Positions 40,458-50,166 of a stretch of 64,000 nt of DNA are shown here, piece by piece (position 1 is the stretch's first letter; each line of letters starts with the position of its first letter). Origin of the DNA: Candidatus Methylomirabilota bacterium. Its GTDB lineage: Bacteria; Methylomirabilota; Methylomirabilia; Rokubacteriales; CSP1-6. A program made the position numbers and the translations under genes. The notes beneath the pieces are model-generated. The model searched no databases, was not told the DNA's origin, and saw only the letters and a program-made list of their open reading frames with translations. Location of the stretch: contig DASRHC010000011.1 of assembly GCA_035650715.1 (NCBI GenBank), positions 695 to 64,694 of the forward strand. The letters are read 5' to 3'.

Positions 40458-41833
40458 GGGGCCGCGACCTCCTCGCGCCGCCGGGTGCACGTGTCCACGA
40501 TGGCGTGCACGTAGGCGCGCGTGAGGCGCCCCAGCGCGTCCACGCGGCAGGCGTCGTAGCTGGGCGGCCAGCCCGCCTCGGGGTTCATGAGGCCGGGCAG
40601 CCCGAAGCGCGCGGTGGGGATGCCCGCGTTGCGCAGCACGTTGCCGTCGGTGGTGCCGCTCTGGTCGCGCACGAACGCGTGCGGACGGCCCTCGACCGCC
40701 TCCCACGCGCGCAGGCAGCTCTGGACGATCCAGCTCCGCGGGTCGGTGCGCGAGCCGGGTACCGACAGGGTCATCTCCCAGTCGAGGTCCATCTCCGGGT
40801 GGGCGCGGAGGAAGCCCGCCATGAACTCGTCCATCTCGCGCTTCACGGACAGCATGCTCTGGTGGGGATTCGTGCGCAGGTCCACGTACACGTGGCACAC
40901 GCCGGGGATGAACTCGGGCTTGAACGGCCAGCCCCCCTCGATGGCCCCGACCGCGCCCTGGGGCGCGAGCTGGCCGCGGGTGTGCCGCTTCGTGTACTCG
41001 GGGAACCACGCCTCCAGGGCCTCGACCAGGCGCGCCGCGTCCACGAGCGGGTTGCGCGTGCGCTGGAACTGGCGCATGCCCGAGTAGCAGAGCGATCCCT
41101 TCACGCGCACCGTGAACCAGCACTGGCCGGGCTCTTCCCACACCACCGCGTAGCCCGGCTTGGTGCTGATGGCCATGTCCGCGCGCACGCCGTGCTTCAG
41201 CATGTACTCGCAGCCGATCCCGAAGCCCTGGTAGGCGGGGCCCCGGAAGTCGCGATGGAGACCGGTCGTCGGCCGCTTGTGGATGCCGCCCGCCACGAGG
41301 GCGACGATCAGGTCGCCGCGGAGCGGCACGCCCGCGCGGCGCACCGCATCCGCGGCCGCGATCGCGCAGGCCGCGCCGCCCTTGGGGTTCGAGATGCCCA
41401 GACCGGTGAGGAGCCCGTCGCGCAGGATGGCGCGCGGCTGCAGATCGGGCCGATCGGCCGGGCCCACGCACGGATAGTCCTCGCGCGCGTCGCCGGTGAA
41501 GGTGGTGTCGAGGTGGCCGTAGAGGATCAGGTCGGCGCCGGTGCCGTCGCCCCGCAGCCGCGCGATGGTGTTGCCGCGCTGCTCGGTGATCTCGTGATAG
41601 GTGGTGCTGAAGCCGCGCCCGCGCAGGTCCTCCTCCAGGTAGCGGGCCAGCGCGGCCTCGCCGCCGGTCGGGCTCGGGATCTCGATCATGCGCATCGCGA
41701 GGTCCAGCAGCGCGCGCTCGTCGACCAGAGCGAGCGCGCGGTCGAGCCACGCCTGCTGTCCCGGGGCGGGCGCGGCTTCCGCCACCGGGACGCTGGTCTC
41801 GTCCATGCCGGTGTCGACGCCCGTCGCGCTCAT
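40454..41833 (-). CDS. peptidase M20 family amidohydrolase (ArgE/DapE/ACY1-like)
   Basis: ...MIEIPSPTGGE...ADLILYGHLDT...GISNPKGG... are M20 metal-ligand motifs. About 460 aa. Overlaps the upstream Rieske gene by 4 nt. Confidence 0.75.
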   Translation of the reverse strand: MSATGVDTGMDETSVPVAEAAPAPGQQAWLDRALALVDERALLDLAMRMIEIPSPTGGEAALARYLEEDLRGRGFSTTYHEITEQRGNTIARLRGDGTGADLILYGHLDTTFTGDAREDYPCVGPADRPDLQPRAILRDGLLTGLGISNPKGGAACAIAAADAVRRAGVPLRGDLIVALVAGGIHKRPTTGLHRDFRGPAYQGFGIGCEYMLKHGVRADMAISTKPGYAVVWEEPGQCWFTVRVKGSLCYSGMRQFQRTRNPLVDAARLVEALEAWFPEYTKRHTRGQLAPQGAVGAIEGGWPFKPEFIPGVCHVYVDLRTNPHQSMLSVKREMDEFMAGFLRAHPEMDLDWEMTLSVPGSRTDPRSWIVQSCLRAWEAVEGRPHAFVRDQSGTTDGNVLRNAGIPTARFGLPGLMNPEAGWPPSYDACRVDALGRLTRAYVHAIVDTCTRRREEVAAP

Positions 41834-43053
41834 CGCGGTCTCGGCCCGGGTCCGAGCCCGGCGATGCTGTCGTCGCGAAGCTCGTCGATCGCGCCCAGGT
41901 CGGTTCGGGCCGGCATGCCCCGCGCGCTCAGCAGCAGCCGCCGCCACGCGATCACCTCGGCGTCGGTGCCGGAGAGCTTCTCGGGCGTGTCGTAGCGCTG
42001 GGGCGCCATCACCCGGTAGTCCTGGTCGGAGAAGTTGGCGTTCATGGCCCAGTTCTGGAAGCCGACGAAGAACAGCCGCGCGAGGGCCCGGCCGACCGCG
42101 GTCCGCCGGCGGACCGCGTGGTAGTAGATCACCCGCGTGAGCTGCTCGTCCACCGGCACGCAGGCCCGCGTGTACATGTGGGTGCCGAAGTCGAAGCGGA
42201 ACATGCTGGGCAGGTGGTGGCCCCCGGAGCGCACGCGCTGGCCGTCGATGAACGTGTGCATGCCCCACTCCTCGTCGGGATTGAACGGCGGGCGCGTGGC
42301 CCGCCGCCGCAGCCGCCAGGCGAACGCCCACAGCCAGAGCCGCCGCCACTGCGACTTCGGCCAGTACCCGTCGACGCCCGGGTAGTACTCGCGCGCCGGC
42401 CGCGGCGCCTGGTCGGCCGGGATGTAGCCGAGGGCGGCGCGGCCGTTGACGATGCGCGGCCGGTAGCCGGCCGGTCCGAACTGGAGGATCGGCTCCATGA
42501 GCTGCAGCAGCGCGTTGCGGTGCACGTACATGACGTGGGAGTCGAGGGCGTTCTCGAGGGCCACCCGCCAGTTCACGGGCCAGTAGCGGGTCGCGGTCAT
42601 CACCACCGTGTCCTCCCCCTCGAAGAACTCGGGCGGCACGTCCTCCTGGATCGGCGCCGGGGTGCCCGTGCCCATCCAGACGAACACCATGCCCTTCAGC
42701 GTCCGGGTCGGGAAGATGCGGCCGCGCACCTTGCCCGGGATCCGGCTGTCCGGCCCCTCGGAGAGCACGGCCACGCACTCGCCCCGCGCGTCGAACACCC
42801 AGCCGTGGTACGGGCAGGCGATGGTCCCGGGGTAGTGGCAGTCGCCGCGCCGCAGCGAGCCGCCGCGGTGCGGGCACACGTCGGCGATGGCGGTGACCGT
42901 GCCGTCCTTGTCGCGGAAGAAGGCGATCTCCTCGCCCATGATCTTGAGCCCGGTGGGCCGTTTGCGGGGGACGGACGATTCGGGCAGGGCCGGGTACCAG
43001 TACTCGGGCAGCCCCAGCGCGGGGATCAGCGATCGCATCTCGGTCGGGTTCAT
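41830..43053 (-). CDS. Rieske [2Fe-2S] non-haem iron oxygenase, alpha-subunit-like
   Basis: CPHRGGSLRRGDCHYPGTIACPYHGW is the Rieske CxH-X17-CxxH motif. The C-terminal catalytic domain has conserved His/Asp. Confidence 0.8.
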   Translation of the reverse strand: MNPTEMRSLIPALGLPEYWYPALPESSVPRKRPTGLKIMGEEIAFFRDKDGTVTAIADVCPHRGGSLRRGDCHYPGTIACPYHGWVFDARGECVAVLSEGPDSRIPGKVRGRIFPTRTLKGMVFVWMGTGTPAPIQEDVPPEFFEGEDTVVMTATRYWPVNWRVALENALDSHVMYVHRNALLQLMEPILQFGPAGYRPRIVNGRAALGYIPADQAPRPAREYYPGVDGYWPKSQWRRLWLWAFAWRLRRRATRPPFNPDEEWGMHTFIDGQRVRSGGHHLPSMFRFDFGTHMYTRACVPVDEQLTRVIYYHAVRRRTAVGRALARLFFVGFQNWAMNANFSDQDYRVMAPQRYDTPEKLSGTDAEVIAWRRLLLSARGMPARTDLGAIDELRDDSIAGLGPGPRPR

Positions 43054-43075
43054 GAGATCTCCTCCATGGGCCGCG

Positions 43076-43783
43076 TCATGCGCCGAGATAGGCCTCGCGC
43101 ACGCGCGGATGCTGCAGCAGGTCCGCCGCCTTGCCTTCCAGCACCACCCGTCCGGTCTCGAGCACGTAGGCGCGGTGGGCGAGCCGCAGGGCCTCCGCCG
43201 CGTTCTGCTCGACCAGCAGCACGGTGACGCCGTCTCGGGCCAGCGACGCGATGATGTCGAAGATGCGCGCGATGACCACCGGGGCGAGCCCGAGCGACGG
43301 CTCGTCCAGCAACAGCACCCGCGGCCGCGCCATCAGGGCGCGTGCGATCGCCAGCATCTGCTGCTCGCCGCCGGAGAGCGAGCCCGCCTTCTGGCCGAGC
43401 CGCTCCCTCAGCACCGGGAAGCGCGCGGAGACCTGCTCGAGGTCGGCGGCGATGCGCGCGTCGCGCCGCTGGTAGGCGCCGAGTCGCAGGTTCTCGCGCA
43501 CGGTGAGGGAGCCGAGGATGCCCCGTCCCTCGGGCACGAGCACCACGCCGCGGCGCACGACCTCCTCCACCGCGAGACCGCCGAGCGGGGCGCCCGCGAA
43601 GGTCACCGTGCCGGCGCTCGGCCGCACCACGCCCATGATCGCCTTCATGAGCGTGCTCTTCCCCGCGCAGTTGGAGCCGACCAGTGCCACGATCTCGCCC
43701 TCGCCGACGGACAGGCTCACCCCGTCCAGCGCACGCACGACTCCGTAGCTGACCGACACGTCGCGGACCTCGAGCCAGCTCAT
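43076..43783 (-). CDS. livF: branched-chain amino acid ABC transporter ATP-binding protein
   Basis: GSNCAGKST (Walker A), LSGGEQQMLAIARAL, LLLDEPSLGLAP. Confidence 0.9.
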   Translation of the reverse strand: MSWLEVRDVSVSYGVVRALDGVSLSVGEGEIVALVGSNCAGKSTLMKAIMGVVRPSAGTVTFAGAPLGGLAVEEVVRRGVVLVPEGRGILGSLTVRENLRLGAYQRRDARIAADLEQVSARFPVLRERLGQKAGSLSGGEQQMLAIARALMARPRVLLLDEPSLGLAPVVIARIFDIIASLARDGVTVLLVEQNAAEALRLAHRAYVLETGRVVLEGKAADLLQHPRVREAYLGA

Positions 43784-44541
43784 GCCTCGCGCCCCAGATA
43801 GGCCGCGATCACCCGCGGGTCCTGGCGCACGCGGTCCGGCGGCCCGCTGGCGATGACGCGGCCCGCGTCGAGCACCGTCACCACGTCCGAGACCCGCATG
43901 ACCAGGCGCACGTGGTGCTCCACCAGGACCACCGTCACGCCGGACTCGCGGATCTTCCGGATGAGCTGGTTCAGATCCTCGACCTCGACGGCGGTCATCC
44001 CGCCCGCCGGCTCGTCGAGGAGCAGGAGGCGCGGATCGCTGGCGAGGGCCCGCGCCACCTCGAGGCGCCGCTGCTCGACCAGGGTGAGATCGCCCGCCCA
44101 GGTGCCGGCGCGGGAGGCCAGGCCCACCATCTCCAGGAGCTCGCGAGCCCGGCGGCGCGTCTCCACCTCCTCGCTTCGCTCCCGGAACGGGGGGCGGACG
44201 AGGGCCGCGCCGAAGCCGCCCCGGGTGCGGGCGTGCCGGCCCACCATCACGTTCTCGAGCGCGTTCATGCCCCGGAAGAGGCGGACCTGCTGGAAGGTGC
44301 GAGCGATGCCGGCGTGGGTGATGCGATCCGCGCGCCAGCCGGTGACGTCGCGCCCGTCGAGCGCGACCGACCCCGCGGTCGGAGAGAGGAGGCCGGTGAT
44401 GACGTTGAACAGCGTGGTCTTCCCCGCGCCGTTCGGGCCGATCACCGCGTGCACGCTGCCCGGCTCGACGGTGAGGTCCACGTCCGCGAGGGCCTGGTAG
44501 CCCCCGAAGCGCTTGGCGAGCCCCTCGACGCGGAGCATCAC
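43780..44541 (-). CDS. livG: branched-chain amino acid ABC transporter ATP-binding protein
   Basis: GPNGAGKTT, ...LEVARALASDPRLLLLDEPAGGM; the LivG-type C-terminal extension. Confidence 0.9.
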   Translation of the reverse strand: MMLRVEGLAKRFGGYQALADVDLTVEPGSVHAVIGPNGAGKTTLFNVITGLLSPTAGSVALDGRDVTGWRADRITHAGIARTFQQVRLFRGMNALENVMVGRHARTRGGFGAALVRPPFRERSEEVETRRRARELLEMVGLASRAGTWAGDLTLVEQRRLEVARALASDPRLLLLDEPAGGMTAVEVEDLNQLIRKIRESGVTVVLVEHHVRLVMRVSDVVTVLDAGRVIASGPPDRVRQDPRVIAAYLGREA

Positions 44542-44548
44542 GTCCGTC

Positions 44549-45367
44549 TCACGCCGGCGTGTGGCGGCGCGGCGCGAGCAGGCCGGCGGGCCGCAGCACC
44601 GCGCAGAGGACCAGCAGCGTCCCGAACACGGTCATCCGCCACTCCTGCACGAAGCGCAGCGTCTCGGGCAGGAGGGTGACCACCGCCGCGCCGACGACGG
44701 GGCCCCAGTAGGTACCGACGCCGCCCAGCACCACGATCAGGAAGATCTCGGCGGAGCGGAAGAAGCCGAACTGGGCGGGATCGATGAACAGCGCCTGGTG
44801 AGCGTAGAGACCGCCGCCGACGCCGGCCCCGAGGGCGCCGAGCGCGAAGGCGGCCACCTTCACCCGGGTGAGGTTGACGCCCATCGCCTCGGCCGCCACC
44901 TCGTCCTCCTGCACCGCGCGCAGGGCGCGGCCGATCCGCGAGCCGCGGAAGCGCATCAGACAGACCAGCATGAGCGCGGCCACCACGCTCACCACCGGCA
45001 GCGACGTCAGGTGCTTGATGCCGCCGATCCCCGAGGCCTGCCCGGTGGGCTCGAAGTTGAGGAAGAAGATGCGAACGATCTCGCCGAAGCCCATGGTCAG
45101 GATGATGAGGTAGATGCCGCGGATGCGCAGGGCCGGGAAGCCGACCAGCGCGCCCGCGATGGCGGCGGCCAGGCCACCGGCGGCGAGCCCCGCCGCGAAG
45201 GGCCAGCCGAGCCACGTGGTGCAGATCACGGTGACGTAGGCCCCGATGGCCATGAAGCCGCCGTGGCCGAGCGAGAGCTGACCGGCCGAGATGGGCAGGT
45301 AGAGCGACAGGGCCAGCACCGTGTTGATGCCGAGGAAGATCAGCACCGACTCCCAGTACGAGCCCAT
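44549..45367 (-). CDS. livM: branched-chain amino acid ABC transporter permease
   Basis: LivM-like polytopic permease. Uncertain N-terminal extent. Confidence 0.75.
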   Translation of the reverse strand: MGSYWESVLIFLGINTVLALSLYLPISAGQLSLGHGGFMAIGAYVTVICTTWLGWPFAAGLAAGGLAAAIAGALVGFPALRIRGIYLIILTMGFGEIVRIFFLNFEPTGQASGIGGIKHLTSLPVVSVVAALMLVCLMRFRGSRIGRALRAVQEDEVAAEAMGVNLTRVKVAAFALGALGAGVGGGLYAHQALFIDPAQFGFFRSAEIFLIVVLGGVGTYWGPVVGAAVVTLLPETLRFVQEWRMTVFGTLLVLCAVLRPAGLLAPRRHTPA

Positions 45368-45378
45368 CGCGGCCGGCC

Positions 45379-46251
45379 CTAGCGGATGTGCCCGACGCCG
45401 AAGAGTCCCTGCGGCCGGAAGAGCAGGATCAGGATCATCACCGCGAAGACGAAGGCATCGCGGTAGGACGAGGCGAGATACGCGACGCTCAGCACCTCCA
45501 CGGCGCCCAGCAGCAGGCCGCCGACCATGGCTCCGTAGATGTTGCCGAGCCCGCCCAGCAGCATGATCGCGAGGCCCTTCACCCCCATGTCGATGCCCAT
45601 GAACGGGGAGATCGCGTTGAACGAGAGGCCGACCAGCACCCCGGCCGCGCCGGCCAGCGCGGAGGCCACCGCGAACGTGACGAGGATCACCCGATCGGTG
45701 GAGATGCCGAGCAGCCGCGCGGTCAGCGTGCTCTCGGCGCTGGCGCGCATCGCCATGCCCATGCGGGTGCGGGTGACCCAGAGGTGGAGCGCGACCATCA
45801 GGGCCACCGAGACGCCTAGGATCAGCAGCTGCACCGAGCTGATCGTGATCGGGCCCACGCGCCAGGTCACCGGCTCCAGCCGGTGGGGGAAGCCGACCTG
45901 CTCGCCGCCGAAGACCTTGGTGGCCACTTCCTGCAGGATCAGGCCGACCCCGATGGTGCTGACCATCGGGGCGAAGACCGGACCGTGCCGCGCGCGGATG
46001 GGCCGGAACGCGGTGAGCTCGATGATCATGCCGAGCACCGCGGTGCCGAGCAGCGCCCCCACCAGGGCCACCGCGGGCCCCGCGTGTAGCCAGAGCACCA
46101 GCTGCAGCCCGATCAGCGCGCCCATCATGAACACCTCGCCGTGGGCCAGGTGCACGAGGCCGAGGACGCCGAAGATCAGCGCATAGCCGATGGCGATGAG
46201 CGCGTAGGTGCTGCCGAGCATCAGCCCGTTGACGAGCTGCTGGAGCAGCAC
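45379..46251 (-). CDS. livH: branched-chain amino acid ABC transporter permease
   Basis: MLLQQLVNGLMLGSTYALIAIGYALIFGVLGLVHLAHGE is the canonical LivH N-terminus. Confidence 0.9.
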   Translation of the reverse strand: MLLQQLVNGLMLGSTYALIAIGYALIFGVLGLVHLAHGEVFMMGALIGLQLVLWLHAGPAVALVGALLGTAVLGMIIELTAFRPIRARHGPVFAPMVSTIGVGLILQEVATKVFGGEQVGFPHRLEPVTWRVGPITISSVQLLILGVSVALMVALHLWVTRTRMGMAMRASAESTLTARLLGISTDRVILVTFAVASALAGAAGVLVGLSFNAISPFMGIDMGVKGLAIMLLGGLGNIYGAMVGGLLLGAVEVLSVAYLASSYRDAFVFAVMILILLFRPQGLFGVGHIR

Positions 46252-46257
46252 TGCGCG

Positions 46258-47400
46258 CTACCGGACCGACTCGAACTTGCCCTGGCGCACCACGAGCACC
46301 ACCGGCTGCCGGACCGCGTCGCCGTTGGCGTCGAAGGTGGTGGCGCCGGTGACCGGGGCCTTGTAGTCCTTCACCTTGGCCAGGCAGTCGCGCATCCGCT
46401 CGCGGTCCTTCTCGAGATCGTCGGGCTTGCCGCTGAGCGCGCTCTTCTCGGCGCAGGTCCGCACGATGTCGAGGGTGTCGTACATGAGCGCGGCCGCGTT
46501 GCTGGGCGGGGTGGGAGAGCGCTTCTTGTAGTCGGCCACCCAGCGGGCCACCGCGGGATCCGGGTTGTCGGTCCAGAAGTCGTTGACGGTCATGACGCCT
46601 TCGGCGGCGGGACCGGCCAGCTCGATGAAGCGCGGATCCATGACCCCGAGGCCGGCCACGATCGGCTGGGTCATGCCCTGCTTGCGCACCTCACGCACCA
46701 CGTTGGCGCCCTCGTTGTAGAGGGCGGCCACCACCACTCCGTCCGGGTTGAGGCTCTTGGCCTTGGTGACCTGCGCCGAGTAGTCGATGTCGCCGGTCTG
46801 GAACGAGATGGAGTCGAGCACCGTGATGCCGCGGCTCTTGAGCGCGGCGGGCAGCACCACGCTGCCGTCCGACTTCGAGACCGCGTCCTTGGTGTCGAGC
46901 AGGATCACGACCTTCTTGATCCCCGGGTGGGCGGCGAGCCACCGGTCGATCAGGGCGCCGTCGAGCTTGTCGGAGGTGAGCGCGTTGCGGAACGCCCAGG
47001 GCCGATTGGCCGCCGCGATGCCGGGCTTGGCCGAGGTCGGGGTGATGATCGGCGTCTTGCCCTGGACCGCGACCGGGAACGTGACCTCCGACTCGCCGCT
47101 GAAGAGCGGCCCGACGATCGCCACCACCTGGTCGCTGCCGATCAGCTTGCGGGTGAGGTTGATCGCGTCGGTGTTCTCGCCGCGCGTGTCGTAGATCACG
47201 AGCCTGAGGGCGTCGCCCTTCTCCTGGAACATCTTGATCGCCACCTGCTGGTGGGCCCCGTAGGAGGCTCCCTTGCCGGAGAGCGGCATCAGCACCCCGA
47301 CCTTCGGCTGGGCCGCGGCCGGGGCGGCCGCGCCCAGGAGGGCGGAGACCGCGCAGACCGCCAGTACAACGAGTGCGATCGACTTGCCGTGCGACGCCAT
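46258..47400 (-). CDS. livK: branched-chain amino acid ABC transporter substrate-binding protein
   Basis: Signal peptide MASHGKSIALVVLAVCAVSALLGAAAPAAA. Periplasmic binding protein type I fold. AGGAGGAGG RBS. Confidence 0.85.
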   Translation of the reverse strand: MASHGKSIALVVLAVCAVSALLGAAAPAAAQPKVGVLMPLSGKGASYGAHQQVAIKMFQEKGDALRLVIYDTRGENTDAINLTRKLIGSDQVVAIVGPLFSGESEVTFPVAVQGKTPIITPTSAKPGIAAANRPWAFRNALTSDKLDGALIDRWLAAHPGIKKVVILLDTKDAVSKSDGSVVLPAALKSRGITVLDSISFQTGDIDYSAQVTKAKSLNPDGVVVAALYNEGANVVREVRKQGMTQPIVAGLGVMDPRFIELAGPAAEGVMTVNDFWTDNPDPAVARWVADYKKRSPTPPSNAAALMYDTLDIVRTCAEKSALSGKPDDLEKDRERMRDCLAKVKDYKAPVTGATTFDANGDAVRQPVVLVVRQGKFESVR

Positions 47401-47432
47401 GGGTTCCTCCTCCTGATGAGTGAGGGACGGGA

Positions 47433-48206
47433 TCATTGCGGGGCGGCGCGGCGGGCCCGGGTCCGGCCCGGGCGCCGGCGGGCCGCGGGCGGCGAGGGGG
47501 ACTCGCCGTCGACGCGCGCCACCTCGGCACTCCGCAGGAAGTCGCTCTCGAGCTGCGAGAGGTGGGCTTCCATCCAGACCGCGGCCTCCTTGCCGTCGCG
47601 CCGGGTCACCGCGTCGGCGATCTTGGAGTGGAAGAAGCGCGCGAACGACCGCTGGACGGGGCCGGCGGTGCCGGCGGCGTGACTCATGACCTCGGTGGCG
47701 AAGAACTCGGGCAGGAACCCCTGCACGTACGGGTTGCCGCTCGCCTGGGCCAGGGTCTGGTGGAAGAGCCGGTTGCTCTCCACGAACGCCTCCGTCGAGT
47801 CGGGATGCTCCTCCAGCATGCGAAGGGTCTTGTGGAGCGTGTTGAGGTGGTCGTCGGTCGCCCGCTGCGCGGCCAGCTCCGCTACCTTCGGCTCGATGAT
47901 TCGCCGGAACTCGAGGGAATGCGAGAAGCCGTGCCGGCCGAGGGGCTGCAACGAGGCGAAGGAGTCGCGGGCGATCTCCGTGCAGTGCGGCGTGGTCACC
48001 ACCCCGCCGGTCCGCCCGCGCCGCACCGTCACCAGGCCGAACAGCTCGAGGATCCGGATGGCCTCGCGCACCGACGCCCGGCTCACCCGGAACTGCTCGG
48101 CGAGCGCCCGCTCGGTGGGCAGGCGCGCCCCGGGCGCGATGCGACCCTGGGCGATCGCGACGCGGAGATCCTGGACGAGGCCTTCGAAGATGCGGGGGGA
48201 TGTCAT
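47433..48206 (-). CDS. GntR family transcriptional regulator (FadR/FCD subfamily)
   Basis: N-terminal wHTH (...LPTERALAEQFRVSRASVREAIRILE...), C-terminal FCD helical domain. Confidence 0.85.
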   Translation of the reverse strand: MTSPRIFEGLVQDLRVAIAQGRIAPGARLPTERALAEQFRVSRASVREAIRILELFGLVTVRRGRTGGVVTTPHCTEIARDSFASLQPLGRHGFSHSLEFRRIIEPKVAELAAQRATDDHLNTLHKTLRMLEEHPDSTEAFVESNRLFHQTLAQASGNPYVQGFLPEFFATEVMSHAAGTAGPVQRSFARFFHSKIADAVTRRDGKEAAVWMEAHLSQLESDFLRSAEVARVDGESPSPPAARRRPGRTRARRAAPQ

Positions 48207-48367
48207 TGGTCAGACCGAATACTCCACTGGCCCGACCATTGTCAACCGGGGCGCCGGCACCCGACCCCGGCGCGGCGACCCGGTGGTTGTCGCGCCGGAC
48301 CGCCAAGGGTATCGTTCCCTCGCGCGCCGCGCATCCGCGTTCACTCGAGGGCCCAGGGAGCGAAGCC

Positions 48368-49384
48368 ATGAAGGTCGGCATCTTCCTCACGAACCAGAAC
48401 CCGCTCGGGACCGACATGGTCTCCGCGCTCCACGAGCAGTTCGCGATGACGCGCCTGGCGCGCGATCGGGGCTGGGACGCGGTCGCCACCGGCCAGCACT
48501 ACCTGAGCGAGGGCATGAGCCAGCTCCAGCTCGTTCCGTTCCTGGCGCGGCTGGCCGCCGAGGCGGGGGAGATGACCGGGGTCGCCGGCGTGCTGCTCAT
48601 CAACCTGCACAACCCGGTCGAGGTGGCCGAGTGCATCGCCTCGCTCGACGTCATCTGGCGCGGCAACTTCGTGTTCGGGGTGGGGCTCGGCTATCGCGAC
48701 GTCGAGTTCGACGCGTTCAACGTCCCGAAGGGCCAGCGCCTGCAGCGGTTCGAGGAGTGCCTGGAGATCGTCAAGCGCCTGTGGACCGAGGACGGCGTCA
48801 GCGTCGAGACCGACGTCTGCAAGCTCGCGAACGTGACCTTGACCTGCCGGCCCGCGCAGCGGCCGCACCCGCCCATCTGGTTCGCGGCCAACAGCGACGC
48901 GGCGGTGCGCCGGGCGGCCCGTCTGGGCGACACCTGGTTCGTGAACCCGCACGCGACCATGGCCAGCATCACGCGCCAGATGGGCCTCTACCGGGAGGAG
49001 CGCGCGCGCCTGGGCAAGCCGTGGCCGCGCGTGCGGCCGCTCATCAAGGAGATCTACTGCGCGAAGGACCGGCGAACCGCCCTCGAGCTGGCCGGGCCCT
49101 ATCTCGGCGCGAAGTACCGCGCCTACGCGTCCTGGGGCCAGGACGCGGTGCTGCCCGACGGCGACACGTTCCGCCAGCCCTTCGAGGCGCTGCTGCGCGA
49201 CCGCTTCGTGCTGGGCAGCCCCGAGGAGTGCTACGAGCAGCTCCGCCCGTGCTGGGAAGCGGTCGGCGCGAACTTCCTCTTCTTCCGCACGCACTGGCTC
49301 GGCATGCCGCTCGCCCACGCGCTGGCGAGCATGCGGCTGATGAGCGACGAGCTGTTGCCGGCGCTGCGGAAGATCGCGCCCTAG
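48368..49384 (+). CDS. LLM-class flavin-dependent oxidoreductase (luciferase-like, F420/FMN-type)
   Basis: MKVGIFLTNQNP...GQHYLSEG...FVFGVGLGYRDVEF...FAANSDAAVRRAARLGDTW. Confidence 0.8.
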   Translation: MKVGIFLTNQNPLGTDMVSALHEQFAMTRLARDRGWDAVATGQHYLSEGMSQLQLVPFLARLAAEAGEMTGVAGVLLINLHNPVEVAECIASLDVIWRGNFVFGVGLGYRDVEFDAFNVPKGQRLQRFEECLEIVKRLWTEDGVSVETDVCKLANVTLTCRPAQRPHPPIWFAANSDAAVRRAARLGDTWFVNPHATMASITRQMGLYREERARLGKPWPRVRPLIKEIYCAKDRRTALELAGPYLGAKYRAYASWGQDAVLPDGDTFRQPFEALLRDRFVLGSPEECYEQLRPCWEAVGANFLFFRTHWLGMPLAHALASMRLMSDELLPALRKIAP

Positions 49385-49640
49385 GCGGTGGCCGGGGCGA
49401 CCTCCACCCCGTTCACCGTGTCGACCGTCTTGTAGTGCCCGGGGGAGGTGATCTCCAGGATCTCCACGTCCTCCGACCAGCCGGTCACGGTGTGCGACAG
49501 CCCGGGCGGGATGATGTGGCAGTCGCCCGCCTGGAGCTTGTGCTCGCCGTGGCCGTGGTAGTGGAAGCTCATCCAGCCCTTCAGCACGTAGTCCTCGAGG
49601 TGCGTGACCAGCAGGGACTGCTTGAGCTCCGACTTCGGCA
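49381..49640 (-). CDS. cupin domain protein
   Basis: MPKSELKQSLLVTHLEDYVLKGWMSFHYHGHGEHKLQAGDCHIIPPGLSHTV is the cupin 2-His motif. GGAGG RBS. Confidence 0.7.
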
Positions 49641-49793
49641 TGGCGAGCCTCCGGAGTGAGGGTGATGGGGACGGCGTGCCGGACCGCCCGCGCCGCCCGC
49701 TCCCCACGTAGCCCGCGGGGAGCGACCCTGTCAAGGAGATTCGGCCGCCGGCGCGACCCCGAGGGGCGCCTGGCGAGGCCGCAACCGGCCACG

Positions 49794-49813
49794 TATTGGA
49801 CTAACGTCCAATA
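49794..49813. promoter_or_regulatory. perfect 8-4-8 palindrome TATTGGAC-taac-GTCCAATA (box D of a repeated TTGGAC-N4-GTCCAA motif)
   Basis: Lies in the divergent region between the cupin gene and the Cys-rich small ORF, about 35-50 nt upstream of the latter's start. Confidence 0.5.
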
Positions 49814-49837
49814 GGCCCGGCCGGCAACGCCCGTACA

Positions 49838-50155
49838 GTGGGTGTCATGCGTCGGCGACGCGTGGCCATCGTTCCGTCACCGGAGGCAAGGTCCGCGTCC
49901 GGCCTCCCAGGGGCATCGGCGAGCGACGATCGGGCGGTGCCGCTCGACCTGACCGAGAGCGTGGTGCGGGACTACCTGCGGCGCCATCCAGACCGAGCGT
50001 ATTGCCCGCCGTGTGCTGGCCGAGCGGTGGGCGGTGATCTGCCCGCTCTCGCCGTCTCGGGGGTCATGGCCCAGCTGGCGGGGCGCCGGCCGCCGTTCGA
50101 GGCGGGACGCTGCCGCTGCGGCGCCGAAGGACTCATGTTCGTGGCCAGGCGGTAA
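49838..50155 (+). CDS. hypothetical Cys-rich small protein (CPPC...CRC)
   Basis: MGVMRRRRVAIVPSPEARS...RDYLRRHPDRAYCPPCAGRA...EAGRCRCGAEGLMFVARR. Real start may be the ATG at about 49847. Preceded by box D. Confidence 0.4.
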   Translation: MGVMRRRRVAIVPSPEARSASGLPGASASDDRAVPLDLTESVVRDYLRRHPDRAYCPPCAGRAVGGDLPALAVSGVMAQLAGRRPPFEAGRCRCGAEGLMFVARR

Positions 50156-50166
50156 CGGAGGCGGCC

